A stretch of DNA of 64,000 nucleotides from assembly GCF_006345805.1 (NCBI RefSeq), contig NW_021833061.1, positions 68,289 through 132,288 on the forward strand. Reading direction: 5' to 3'. This stretch comes from Octopus sinensis. Its lineage: Eukaryota. The notes under the pieces were generated by a model. That model was not told the origin of the DNA. It saw only the letters and a program-made list of their open reading frames with translations, and made no database searches. Positions 1 through 10,470 of the stretch are shown piece by piece. The first letter of the stretch is position 1. Every line of letters begins with the position of its first letter. The position numbers and the translations under genes were made by a program.

Positions 1-300
1 GACCCTTTTGGCTCGGGAAACCGACAAGAGGAAATCTTTCACTGATAGGATGGGTGTAATTGGTTGGGAATTATTGGAATCGGAAAGAATTTTGGAAGAT
101 ACCGGCCGCGAACCGCGGGCAAGAGGGTGGCATGAGGGGCAGGTCCATTTGGACAAGGTTGAAGCAGCCAATTTAGAGATTCCAGCACAGGAAAGATGAA
201 AGAAGCTTTTGCAGGAGGAACACAGGCAGCCGTTCTTCCTCAGGTTGCTTAAGTTGCACGAAGAGCATAGGAGAGACTTTTTAGAGAAAGGTAGTACCAT
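1..300 (-). mobile_element. 5' end of an ORF with an N-terminal PHD finger, running off the window start; probably a non-LTR retroelement (CRE-like)
   Basis: Manual translation from ATG at 300: MVLPFSKKSLLCSSCNLSNLRKNGCLCSSCKSFFHLSCAGISKLAASTLSKWTCPSCHPL..., a C4HC3 PHD pattern with W before the last CxxC. Intronless for 100 codons, unlike host genes. Not in the ORF track because there is no stop inside the window. Confidence 0.6.
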
Positions 301-462
301 GTGGATATGCTAAATTGAGGCAATGTAAAAAAGATGGATATAGTAAATAGAGACAATGAAAGAAAAAGACAATAAGAGAAGGATATAAGAGATAGATGTA
401 ATAGATTGGGACAATGTAATAAAATGGATATAAGAGAGAATTAGTAAATTGAGACTATAATG

Positions 463-1324
463 CAGTGGTTCTCAACCTTTTTTGTCCGCGGACCCCTTGT
501 GAGTAAATGAAAAATTTCGCGGACCCCCTACATATTTATTAAGTTTTTTGTCAAAAAAATTTTACTTATCTAAAAACAAAATTTATTATTAAATCAATAG
601 AGAAAATTAGTGAGGTACTATGTCTTTACAACAAGGAAGAATCAGTTTTTCGGCAATATTATGAGGTTTCTTTTCTTTCGCTATACGTAATGAAATCATG
701 TAAGATGCTAATAGCATGGAATTATCAGAAGGCAAAGTTTGTATGAAACGAGTCAATACTTGATTTTTCATCATTTTACGCAAAGAAATAAAATAATCCT
801 TATTTTTGTGGATTAGATGGGGATGACATGTGCGCAAGTGTCTCACAAGAGTTGTTGGTTTCATGCTATTGTGTGACAGAATTTTCATGCACACAACACA
901 TTTTGGGCTTTCAAATCCATCTTTATCAATACAAATAAACCCATATTTTATATAATCAGGATTATATTTGCGTATCTTAATAACATTCGAGGAATTCATA
1001 TCAATAGCGTGCTTAAAAATTTTATTAACTTTTACTAAAAAATAAATATATATACGATTTTTATAAATAATTGAGTTACATTCAGCTTTAAAGTAATTTA
1101 GCCTCCTCAGTATTATTGAATATTAAAATATATTAATTTATTTAGCCCCCTCAGTATTATTGAATATTAAAATATATTAATTTATAATATATCTAAAAGA
1201 GATATTATTAATTATGATTTAATTCTATTATATATTAATTTAAAATTGTTATCATTAAATAGAAACATTTAAATAAAGTTTCAGAAAAATCTCGCGGACC
1301 CCCTGGAATCTTTCGCGGACCCCA
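463..1324 (-). mobile_element. hAT (Buster/ZBED5-like) deletion derivative
   Basis: TIR CAGTGGTTCTCAACC at 463. Subterminal CGCGGACCCC repeats near both ends. ORF 607-999 has a BED finger (KCVVCMKIL...MKPTTLVRHLRTCH) and LASYMISLRIAKEKKPHNIAEKLILP. The right TIR is missing. Confidence 0.85.
1097..1184. repeat. 44-bp tandem duplication inside the hAT
   Basis: tttagcc(t/c)cctcagtattattgaatattaaaatatattaattta, two copies. Confidence 0.85.
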
Positions 1325-1809
1325 GAATTTATTAAAAAACATTGAAAACGAGCATGATGTCTTACTAATCTCATCTATAAGACGTTACAAAGAAAATATA
1401 CTTATATCTAAAAAAAACAAATGGGAATTGAATTTTACTTAAAAAAATTGAGATTTTTTTTTATTTTCTTTAAATTTAAAAAAATTATGCTAACTGAAGA
1501 TAAATTAAAGTAGTTTCTATGTAAAATTATCGATTTGATTCTCTAATTGGCCATTTCTCAAATTGGCCAACAAAATTGAAGGAACCAAAAATGGCCAGTT
1601 TGAGAGGGTTGAGTGTACGTCTGAATTGCGAGATTCAAGCGATTTGGTGAATCACGTTAGTTAAAACCGAGTATCTAATTACAATTAATTCCCAAATGAA
1701 ATAAAAACTACAGAACAAATAAAATCTCATTCAAATCGTTTTAGTCTGACTTAAACATATCGTGCCTGATCTCAAACAGTAAACTAAACATATCAAGACA
1801 TAATATTTG

Positions 1810-2572
1810 TCAGGCTCGCCATCCACGTTCAGCAGCTTCACAAACCCGATCACACACAGTGGCAGCAGAAAGAGGGAATTCACTAATAGAGATAACACGG
1901 TGACAGAGTGAATGAGAAATCTCGAAACTGAGAGCGAACAAAATACAGTGCCATGTGCCATTGCTCCAATAAGAACTGCGAGGGGCTGACAAGTCCTGAT
2001 GGATGTCAGAAGAGGGGAGAGGTCTGCGTGCAGTTCAGTCGAGTGTACTGATAGGCCGAGAATATAACAATTGGTAGGAAGGTGATCAGTCACTGGATTG
2101 CGGATTGCCTGAACATGTCAGACAGATTTACCTTCATTAACTTGCGACCTGAGCCATTCGCCCGAACACTCAGCTTTGAAAGGAGTTGTACTTAACTAAA
2201 TTGAGAATTGAGCACCCATTAGTCCAGCAAAGCGAACGAATGTGCGAGGAATACGCATTTGAGGGTCTACTTTGATGAGAACATTGCTCGATGTCATTAC
2301 ATACACTTCCAGACGACCTGCCTTGTTGAGGGGACTATCCAACAACATCATAAGACACTATAAATAAAGAAATCAGCCAACTTGGTGGCATATATCTGGT
2401 CGGATTTGTAATTTATTCAGTTTCTTCTTTTCGATTAACTTGTGCTTGTCTGCGTTGAGTAGTTCTTGGTCCTTCCCTTTCTATTTTGCATCACCAATGT
2501 CCGTACTTTAGTCAGGATTAAACTGGCTCCTTCCAATATCACTGTTAGCTTATTATCCGCAGAATCCGCCAT
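1810..2572 (-). CDS. EMG1: rRNA small-subunit pseudouridine methyltransferase Nep1/EMG1, 6 exons
   Basis: Spliced: [18 protein letters not shown]...RPDICHQ|[16 protein letters not shown]...[16 protein letters not shown]|[11 protein letters not shown]...IGAMAHGT|ISHS...[13 protein letters not shown]. Introns 2481-2506, 2358-2381, 2191-2215, 2109-2131, 1921-1946 (26, 24, 25, 23, 26 nt). Confidence 0.95.
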
Positions 2573-2596
2573 TCTTTAAATACAAAAACGAAAACA

Positions 2597-2602
2597 CACG
2601 TG
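2597..2602. promoter_or_regulatory. E-box CACGTG 24 nt upstream of the EMG1 start
   Basis: Motif seen; function inferred. Confidence 0.4.
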
Positions 2603-3483
2603 TTGAGTTTGTTTATTTTATTTAAATAATTTTGCTATATTAAAAGAGTTACAGTTAAAGATCAAACAAAATTCTTTCAAATTCCAGTTCAGAGCAAACA
2701 GAAAGACAAGTCCTTATTATTGCTCAATGTCCTTATGGCTATCTATCTCGATCTACCCTAGTATAACTGTGTGAACTGGGATCACTTTTTAAGTCAAATA
2801 ATTTGTTTAAAACTGTCTACGTCAGTAGTTGATTGATTCGGAAATCCCACTGGTGGTGAACTTGCGAAATTAATGAATACTTTTGACAGTCTGCTTTCTC
2901 GTAGACTACACCAGCTCAGAATAGCCACCTGTAGACTCGTCTTATTCTCGATTTCTAGCGTTCCTGTTCTGCTGGAAACGAATTCGATAAGAATCCCTGT
3001 CTGATGCAGTCTAGTTTGTCGATCACAACCCCAAATATACAAAAGCTACCCAAAATTAGACAGTTGATTCAAAAATATACTAATCTATTGTTATTGAGTT
3101 AATTGTGCATTGATTTTTGTTTATAATGACCACGGCCCTTCATTCTCATCGCCACATGCTTCAATGCGTTGATTAGTAATCACTCCAATAGTGAATGAGT
3201 GCACAGTGAGTGTTTTTATTGTTTATTCAGACTAGCCGGACAGAATATGATCAGACATGAATCCTATTTGTAACGAATAATTTGATTTATTTGGTTTATC
3301 ATTAAATAATAACTGAAATTCCTAAAATTCCTTTAAACCGCACATTCAGATCAAGTTCCAGTGCCTATTATACTTTCATTGATTGATGTGACTGAAACAG
3401 TCTCGTAACCACGACAATCTTATTGCGCATTGCCGCTCTAAGATCATTACAAATGTTCAAAAATTCGCCATTCACGTTTAAAT

Positions 3484-6314
3484 ATGGTTAAAAAGGTTGT
3501 GGCTTACTATTTTAATTACTCAATTGATGACTTTTTTGTACCCTTAGATCTCTCTTGTTGTCAAAAATGAATCAGTACGGATGGAATTCGCCGTCAAGGT
3601 CAATCAACTGGGGCGTAGTGTCGTAGAAATGGCATGTTCTTATTACACATTCCTAGGTCTGCTCTGCTTTCAACCTCCGTGAGCCATGGTACCTCACTCT
3701 CAGCTACCCACAAAAGAACGGAGAAAGCTACTACTACTTGCGAAAGTCAACCAAGGTCTATTTAGTTGATAAAAGTGAATAGTTGTCCAAACAGCCTCTG
3801 GGAAAACTATCCGGGAATGTAGAATGCAATATATGCGTGTATTTGTACCCAGAAAACACTGTCACTGGTCTCATCACCCAGTCTATGATTGTAGTCCTTC
3901 ACAGTTATAGCTAGGACTTATTTTACAACCATGTAAGACGTTTGGTTAGCGAAGGAGTGCTCTACATTCCTCCAGAGAGGTGTCTGGTGCTGTCCTCGAT
4001 GGCAGTGCTGAATGACTACGGACTGTACAACTCACTGCGACACAGCGGGGAGTATGTTTCCGTGGAGAATTACATTCCCGAGAGGTTCTGGTTTGACGTC
4101 ATTTCAGAATGTTTGAGCAGTACGACTTGCCCAGAAGTGCTTGGCAGAATAAACTGGTTTTGTTCCACCAGCAGATCAGCGACGATTAGTAGTTTTGCAC
4201 TAACTTACGTGCAGTGTCCAGAACGAGCGACAAATAAACCCGGCAGCGGAGTACCTGAAGTACTGCCAAGACGTAGACATGTTCGGAGTGGAGTACGTGC
4301 CCATCGCCAACAAGAACGGCACCAAAATGTATTTGGGACTCACTCCATATGGAATGCACGTGTATAACAACGACAACAAGTAGACAAGTCTGTGTATTGT
4401 AGAATTGACATTATTGCCACTTTTCCATACGGAGAAGTCAGGTCGGTCACTCGCAAGAACAGGCGAGTCAAGATTGTCTTCAGTGGGGGGACGTCCTCCG
4501 ATTCGGTAAGAATGTTGGAGTAAGCAGACCTTCACAATATGGTTGGAGAATGCAGAGGACGGGACCATGTTGACTGACATGATCATGGAATACCGAACAC
4601 TCTACATCCAGAACAGGAAGGACGACTCTGAATTTATCAAACTGCTTAAAAAACAGTCCTATTCAGAAGAGGAGACTCTTCGCAGACAAAAGTAAGAATT
4701 CTTTGTGACTGTAGGGAAGTCATGGCACTCAAATACAAGGAGATTACGCAGATGGAGGATCGGGTCAGACTGATGAGTGCTCAATTGAGCAATTACGAGA
4801 ATGGGGAGCAATCGGGTAGTGTGTCTCCAATATTCAGACTTATCTGAACTGGGGGACCAAATCCAACGACTGTCTGAGCAACTCGAACAGATCACTCTCG
4901 AGAAGAGGGAGATGGAGTCTCAGTTGAGTCAGAAAATGACCGGAGACATGGATGCAACCAATCGTATCCTGGAAGACAAGACAATGCAGATCGAGAGAAT
5001 GTCCCTTCAATTGGAAAGAGCAAATGAGTTGTTGCGAGCACGTGAATATGGAGAACTGTGTGTGAAGTGAATATATTCTTTTAGTGATGTACAGACCCAA
5101 GTGATACAACAGGAAATGGAGAGGCAATTGACAGCAGGTGGGTCACTGCAGTCGTGTTGTAGAACAGAACGTATATGAATCCATTTGCCAGCAGCGAGAC
5201 CAGTTGCAGGACAAACTCCGCCTCACTCTTGAGCGACAGAGCATAACGGAGAGGGAGAGGGAGGAGCAGTTGAGGTTGGAAGAGGAGTTGAGGGCGACTG
5301 AGCGGAATTTGACTAGCAGTATTCGTTCTGTCCCTCATTCTCAGAGTACGACGATGTCACTCCCCAAATCGACACTTTGTCGGTCAAACTACAACTTTTA
5401 ATTGAAGAGAAGACAGAACTGGAGCGTCTTCTTAGGGACGTGACCAAATCTTCCTCCGTGGCCTCGGAAGTCCGTCTCATCATGGTTGTGGTCATGTCTG
5501 ATTATTTTCTTAGGAACAAGACCTTGAAAAGAAGAGGGGTGAGGTGAATAGCATGCAGAGTCAGATCTCTGACTTGGAAGAAGAGTTGAAGAGAGCAAAG
5601 AGGCTGTTGGAGACCACAGAACAAGAAAGGTACAACACGCATGTCATTCTGAGGAATAAAACTCGTTTAATGCAACAAGAGCAATTGAACCGAGATATGG
5701 AGGAGGCCTCTCGTCTCGAAATGGAGATAAATAGACAGGAGGAACGCATGTCCGAGGCTAGACGAGAAAATGTACAGGAAATGGAGAAGAGGGCTCAATT
5801 GATGAATGATTTGGAGGAAAACAGAACCGCAATGCTCGAACAACTCAGAAATATTGATGGTACTTTCAGTTTTTCTCTAATTTAGAATCCGAGGCACCAA
5901 AATCATGTTCCTCTGCTGACATGATTGAGCAGAATTACGTCCAGTTAGAAGTTGCCCAAGTTGTAGCAGCAGAGGCTCCAATAAACCGCGTAGAGTCGGA
6001 CGATGGTGATTGACTTGGGATATGTGTTTTAGTTGAGGTTGTATTTGACGTGGAGGCAGTTTCTAATCTCCCTCGGTATGAACAAGATAGAGAACCAGCC
6101 CAGATAATGGTCAATCGGGAAATGGAGGTTATAACTGTTTAACATTTAGAACTTTGCTTCTCTCCTGGAAAGGACTAAGATTGGAAGCAAGGAGACTACT
6201 AATGACGTGATTTATCGGGCAAACATTCGCCAAGGACGAGACAAGTACAAAACTCTGCAGATGATTCGTTCCAATAATACTCGCAAGCACATCGAAGCAT
6301 TCGAGCTTCGTTAG
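3484..6314 (+). CDS. ERM-family (moesin/ezrin/radixin-like) FERM, coiled-coil and C-terminal tail protein, multi-exon
   Basis: MVKK|ISLVVKNESVRMEFAV...NLREPWY; EYLKYCQDVDMFGVEY...LGLTPYGMHVY; coiled coil 4800-5900; C-terminus ANIRQGRDKYKTLQMIRSNNTRKHIEAFELR* is the ERM actin-binding tail with the regulatory Thr. Confidence 0.9.
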
Positions 6315-6829
6315 TTAGTTTTCATTTACGGACTTTCTTAATAAACTAATCAATTTCTGAAGTAATGTGACAGAACAAGGAGTGTTCCAATTCATAACAG
6401 GTGATCTTGTGATAATCAACAATGGTGGCCGATTTTTTCAGTGTTAGTGATAGATCATTTAATCTATACCATTTTCAGTTCAATTCTGACAATGCGATAT
6501 TCAAATTTGACACTTTTGCATTAGTTTTGACATTTTTATGTTAATTTTGACCTCCGATTTGTCATTTATTTTATATTTTCTGATAGGCTGTTCTTGTACG
6601 AATTTTTCATTTGAGAGTCTTGAAATAAATCGACTAGAGGCTGTTATTAATGAAATAATTTTTTTTGCAAAAAATATACAAAGAAGAAAAGTTTAATTTA
6701 GATTAGTCACCGAGCTGATGGACAGGAAATTTCCACGTAATACCGCGAGCGATATCAGTTGAAAAAGCCAGTGGGACTAAGCAACAAGTGTCGACTAAAA
6801 AAGCATACTTTGCAATTTTCTTACTTGCC

Positions 6830-7140
6830 AAGTTTGGTTTGACACAGTTTTGCCAAGTTTGGTTGCTAATTGAGTGTCTTGAAGCTTTAGGATGATACTG
6901 ATTTCGTCTTAATTTTTAAATTTTGAATGTATTTTCATGAGTTTAATCCTGTGAACTGAATCGAATGGTCTGGACATGTCAATTCCGAGTATTTCGGTGC
7001 ATTGTTTGTATTCTTGACATAAGACGACTGTTCATCTATGATAACATCGGCAGTGGATCTTCTAGTTCTGAACCCACTTTGCCTCAACGACAGAAAATTT
7101 TCCACTTTAGTTCTTGTCCTCTCTAATGATCAGCGACAGT
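6830..7140 (-). pseudogene. RTE-like LINE reverse-transcriptase fragment
   Basis: Manual translation ...RQSGFRTRRSTADVI...ILGIDMSRPFDSVHRIKLMK. Confidence 0.7.
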
Positions 7141-7559
7141 CTTTTTCGGAGCGTCGCTAGTAGGATAATAGGTTTTAATTTGGGTAGGGGATCTTTTTGT
7201 TTTCAGAGTTTCTGCAGTAGAAACTGTCAGATGTCCCTATTCGTCATCACCCAAAAAAGATTTAAATAAAATCGGGTATGTTCTGCTGCCTAATTATATG
7301 GATCATTGATATACAGGTTACGATTATGAAATCCCATGACCCGACCGGTTTAAAAAAACCCTCCAAACTTCTTCACCATTATTAACCCTGAGTATTCGGT
7401 CGGTAAAAACCATTGATGGCTTAAAAATATTTGCTATTCTCTTTTATCTGTCTGTCTTCTAACTAAAGCTTATACAGTTCGCCGTAGAAGAGGGAAAGTT
7501 CAAAACTGCACAAGAAAAATTTTAAATTCTGGAAACTTTAACCGGGACGGAGGCAAAGG

Positions 7560-8720
7560 GAGAAGAAATCATACTTAAATGGGTAGATGGAGCCTTTGTT
7601 CATACTGAGGAAGTCCTGGAGGTTTTACGCCAGCAGCTAGCAGTGATTCAGAAGGTGGACCCTTCGTTAATGTTTCTTCGGGATATATTTGAGAAGTTGA
7701 CTCTTAATTCCCGCTTGAAATATGTATTTGATGAACCCTTGTGCAGAGAAATAACCATAGAAGATACGATCGAAACAATCAGAGGTTGTAAGAATAATCC
7801 ACATGGGTTTGACTTCATCCCCATGGGGGGCACCAGAATGCCTGGTTCGAATCCTTGGGACAATGGTCATATCCCAGCTGACTGGAAACGGACAATCGTC
7901 CAAATGATCCCAAAACTTGGAAAACCAAATACGCAGAAAGCTATAGCTCAATTAGTCATATCTGCACAACTTCGAAGATAATAGAACAAATTGTTTTCAA
8001 TCGTTTATCGGCTTACGTTGAGCAAAATAATATACTCGTGGAAGAACAGTGGGATTTAGACCTGGTAGATGAACCGGTCACTGTTTCTCGCTTCTTAAGA
8101 AAAAACTGTTTCGGGGCAAGCTCTATAAAGCTTGCCTAACGGCAGCTTTCTTGGATGTCTGCAAGGCTTTTGACAGTGTCTGACACTTTGGGTTGTTAGA
8201 GAAAGTGGCAAAATCGGGTGCTGGGCTGAAAATTGTCAGATGGCTATAGAGTTTTTTATGCGATAGAAAATAGTTCGTGAGTTGTGGAAATTAGCTATTG
8301 AAAGCCGCAAATCTGAGGAGAGGGATTCCCAAGGGATCAGTTATCAGCCCATTGCTTTTCGATATATTCCTGGCTGACGTCCCGAAATCGAATTTTATTA
8401 CGAACAGACTGATTAGAAATCTGGTTAATGGTAAAGGCTTGAATCTCGCACGGGACAAAAGCACTATTTGTTGGATTTCGACGGTTCGTGACAAAAAACC
8501 GACTTTTAAGGATTATGGGAACCTGGTCGAAGAACCTACGCTATTTGAGAGTAACAGTAGACACCACCGGATCCTTCAAACTACATGTGGACACAAAGCG
8601 TAAACAATGTGGAAGATCATTAAAAGGACTGAAGCGTTTTTCTTTTTTCTTGATAGAATGTCAATTTTTTGTCATATAGACGGCCTTTTTGGCTTTCTTG
8701 AACCATCTTTTAGCAACGAA
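7560..8720 (+). pseudogene. Degenerate APE-type LINE (Jockey/I-like) reverse transcriptase
   Basis: GHIPADWKRTIVQMIPKLGKP; LDVCKAFDSV; RRGIPKGSVISPLLFDIFLAD; many stops and frameshifts. Confidence 0.8.
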
Positions 8721-8899
8721 TGTGCAATGTTTTTAATTCAGTTCGAGATTAAAGTCCGATCATCAGGTGGATATTCGGGATTATTTTGAAACAAATGTGT
8801 CGACTTTCTTACTGAATTAATTGCGCGTAGCATCATTTGTAAGTAAATGTTCTACTGCCAATTTTCCAAAAGAGTGTTTTTTGTTTTTTCTTTTAATCA

Positions 8900-9680
8900 C
8901 ATTCTGACGTAAATGAAGTTTAAATCGAGAGAAAGCAGCTTTGTGGTCATTCTATACAAGTGTGACTATATAATATCGTGAGTCCATCAGCATGCTTTTG
9001 AGATTATCAGATGATGTAATCAATTTGATTGTAAATAGGTACACTCTCTCCATTCTGATTCTGTCTGCCCCGCCACGTCGTCATATATCTTGCCGGATGT
9101 TTGAATGCCATGTTGCACAAAAAAAGATCACATGCACTGAAGAAGTCTATTAAAGCTGCGCCATTCAAGTTCTCTGTTCCTCTACTATGAGTTTCATAAA
9201 ATTTTCATCTTTACGAGTGTTCCCACTTTTGTATTCCAGTCGCCTGCAAGGAAAGTGAGTGGAGAAGCGCATATATTGCCTATGGTCATGGCTAAATTCG
9301 AGTTGAAATTTTCAACTTCTTCAGGACGTGTTATTCATATAACTATTGTTAGTGCATATGCGTCAAAAGCGTTTTCCCCAGCATTAGCTGTAAAACTGAT
9401 CCGCAGTTGTGAATTGAGTTGGCATAGCGCTTATTAATTGAAAATACATGTCCATAGGTCTAAATTCCCGTTTTAGTAAGATAATCCTATATGATCCAAC
9501 AATATCATCTGAATCCTTGTTGAGCTTAGTTTCTTGAAGATAAGCTACTAAATCTCCACAATGAATAAGGTCCTCAGACAATTGTGTTCCTTGTACTGAA
9601 GAAGAATTTCCTCTGAAATTAAACTTCATAAATAGGAACCCTCCAGGAAGTGTATTAAACATTAGTACAAGAGAAGGACG
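8900..9680 (-). pseudogene. RTE-like LINE AP-endonuclease fragment, likely the 5' part of the 6830-7140 element
   Basis: YLQETKL; PEEVENF...FLAGDWNTKVG; NMAFKHPARYMTTW; IYNQIDYII. Confidence 0.75.
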
Positions 9681-9964
9681 TCACCACCTCAACCAAAAAG
9701 ATCTCCGCTAATATTCTCTCGTTAAAATGTAAAGGGAAACGTTTTAAGGACCTATTCATGTGAATCAAGGACATATTTCTTGTTCATTTTAACCAAAGTG
9801 CAAAAAATATTTTTGGCGGGAAGGTTTTAAGGACCTCGTTATTGAGGATATTCTTGATATGTTAGATTGTTGGATGGAAGGTTTTTGGAAGACATCATTT
9901 TGTACATATTCCCATTAATAAAGGGGAAAGATTTTCTGAATTTATCTGTATTTTTCTAATTTAA

Positions 9965-10385
9965 AGTTGGTTAAGGCATTCCTTGTCCACCAGGTTCCCG
10001 ATGGAAGGGAGGGGGAGAGCTTTTAACCAGACACCGCTGCCTTCGCAGCGACCTGCACAAAGGCAAGCGACACGGTGTTGATTGGAGACAGGAAGGAGGC
10101 CTTCGAAAATTGCCTGAAAAGAGATTTCGTCCCATTGACGCTGTACAGATTGAGAATTAGGCAGCTTCGAACCAAACCGAGCCTCCCACCGACCACGGGC
10201 TGCAGAGTAATCTTCAGACAATTTCCGTTCGGGGAGGTTTCTAAGAATCTGAGAGAGTACGAGAAGCATAGTGGGCGGATAGGAATGCGGGGAGGGCAAG
10301 ATCGGAATAAGATCTCAAGGCAAGGCCGCCCAGCGCACAGGCAGGGATGCCTGAGTCCAGCCTGGATCGTCGAAAGCCAGATTGC
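9965..10385 (-). mobile_element. CRE-clade RLE retroelement internal fragment
   Basis: Frameshifted WTQASLPVRWGGLxLRSYSDLALPAFLS...QRQWD...GSGVWLKALPLPSIG. Confidence 0.8.
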
Positions 10386-10470
10386 AAAGAGAGCTCGTAC
10401 CGAGCCATACAATTTATTATTAAGATTTAAAATAATATTAGTCACTCCTATAACTTAGAATTGTTCCAAA

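Noticed and set aside
1731-2093. ORF-track C-terminus of EMG1 ([13 protein letters not shown]...)
   Set aside because: It is read-through of intron 1921-1946; the spliced frame matches the conserved SIS..PLSAA motif.
3360-3480. Possible snoRNA or other ncRNA upstream of ERM
   Set aside because: No convincing paired C/D or H/ACA boxes with terminal stems by eye.
4200-5749. Antisense ORFs over ERM, and similar ones over PWP2, DDHD, TAPT1 and the R4 elements
   Set aside because: Shadow frames of real coding sequence with no independent motifs.
9255-9437. Plus-strand ORF with ITIVSAYAS suggesting an inverted endonuclease segment (twin priming)
   Set aside because: The minus strand already gives a collinear APE (ISA.PT...EEVENF...LAGDWN), so the plus-strand motif is coincidental.
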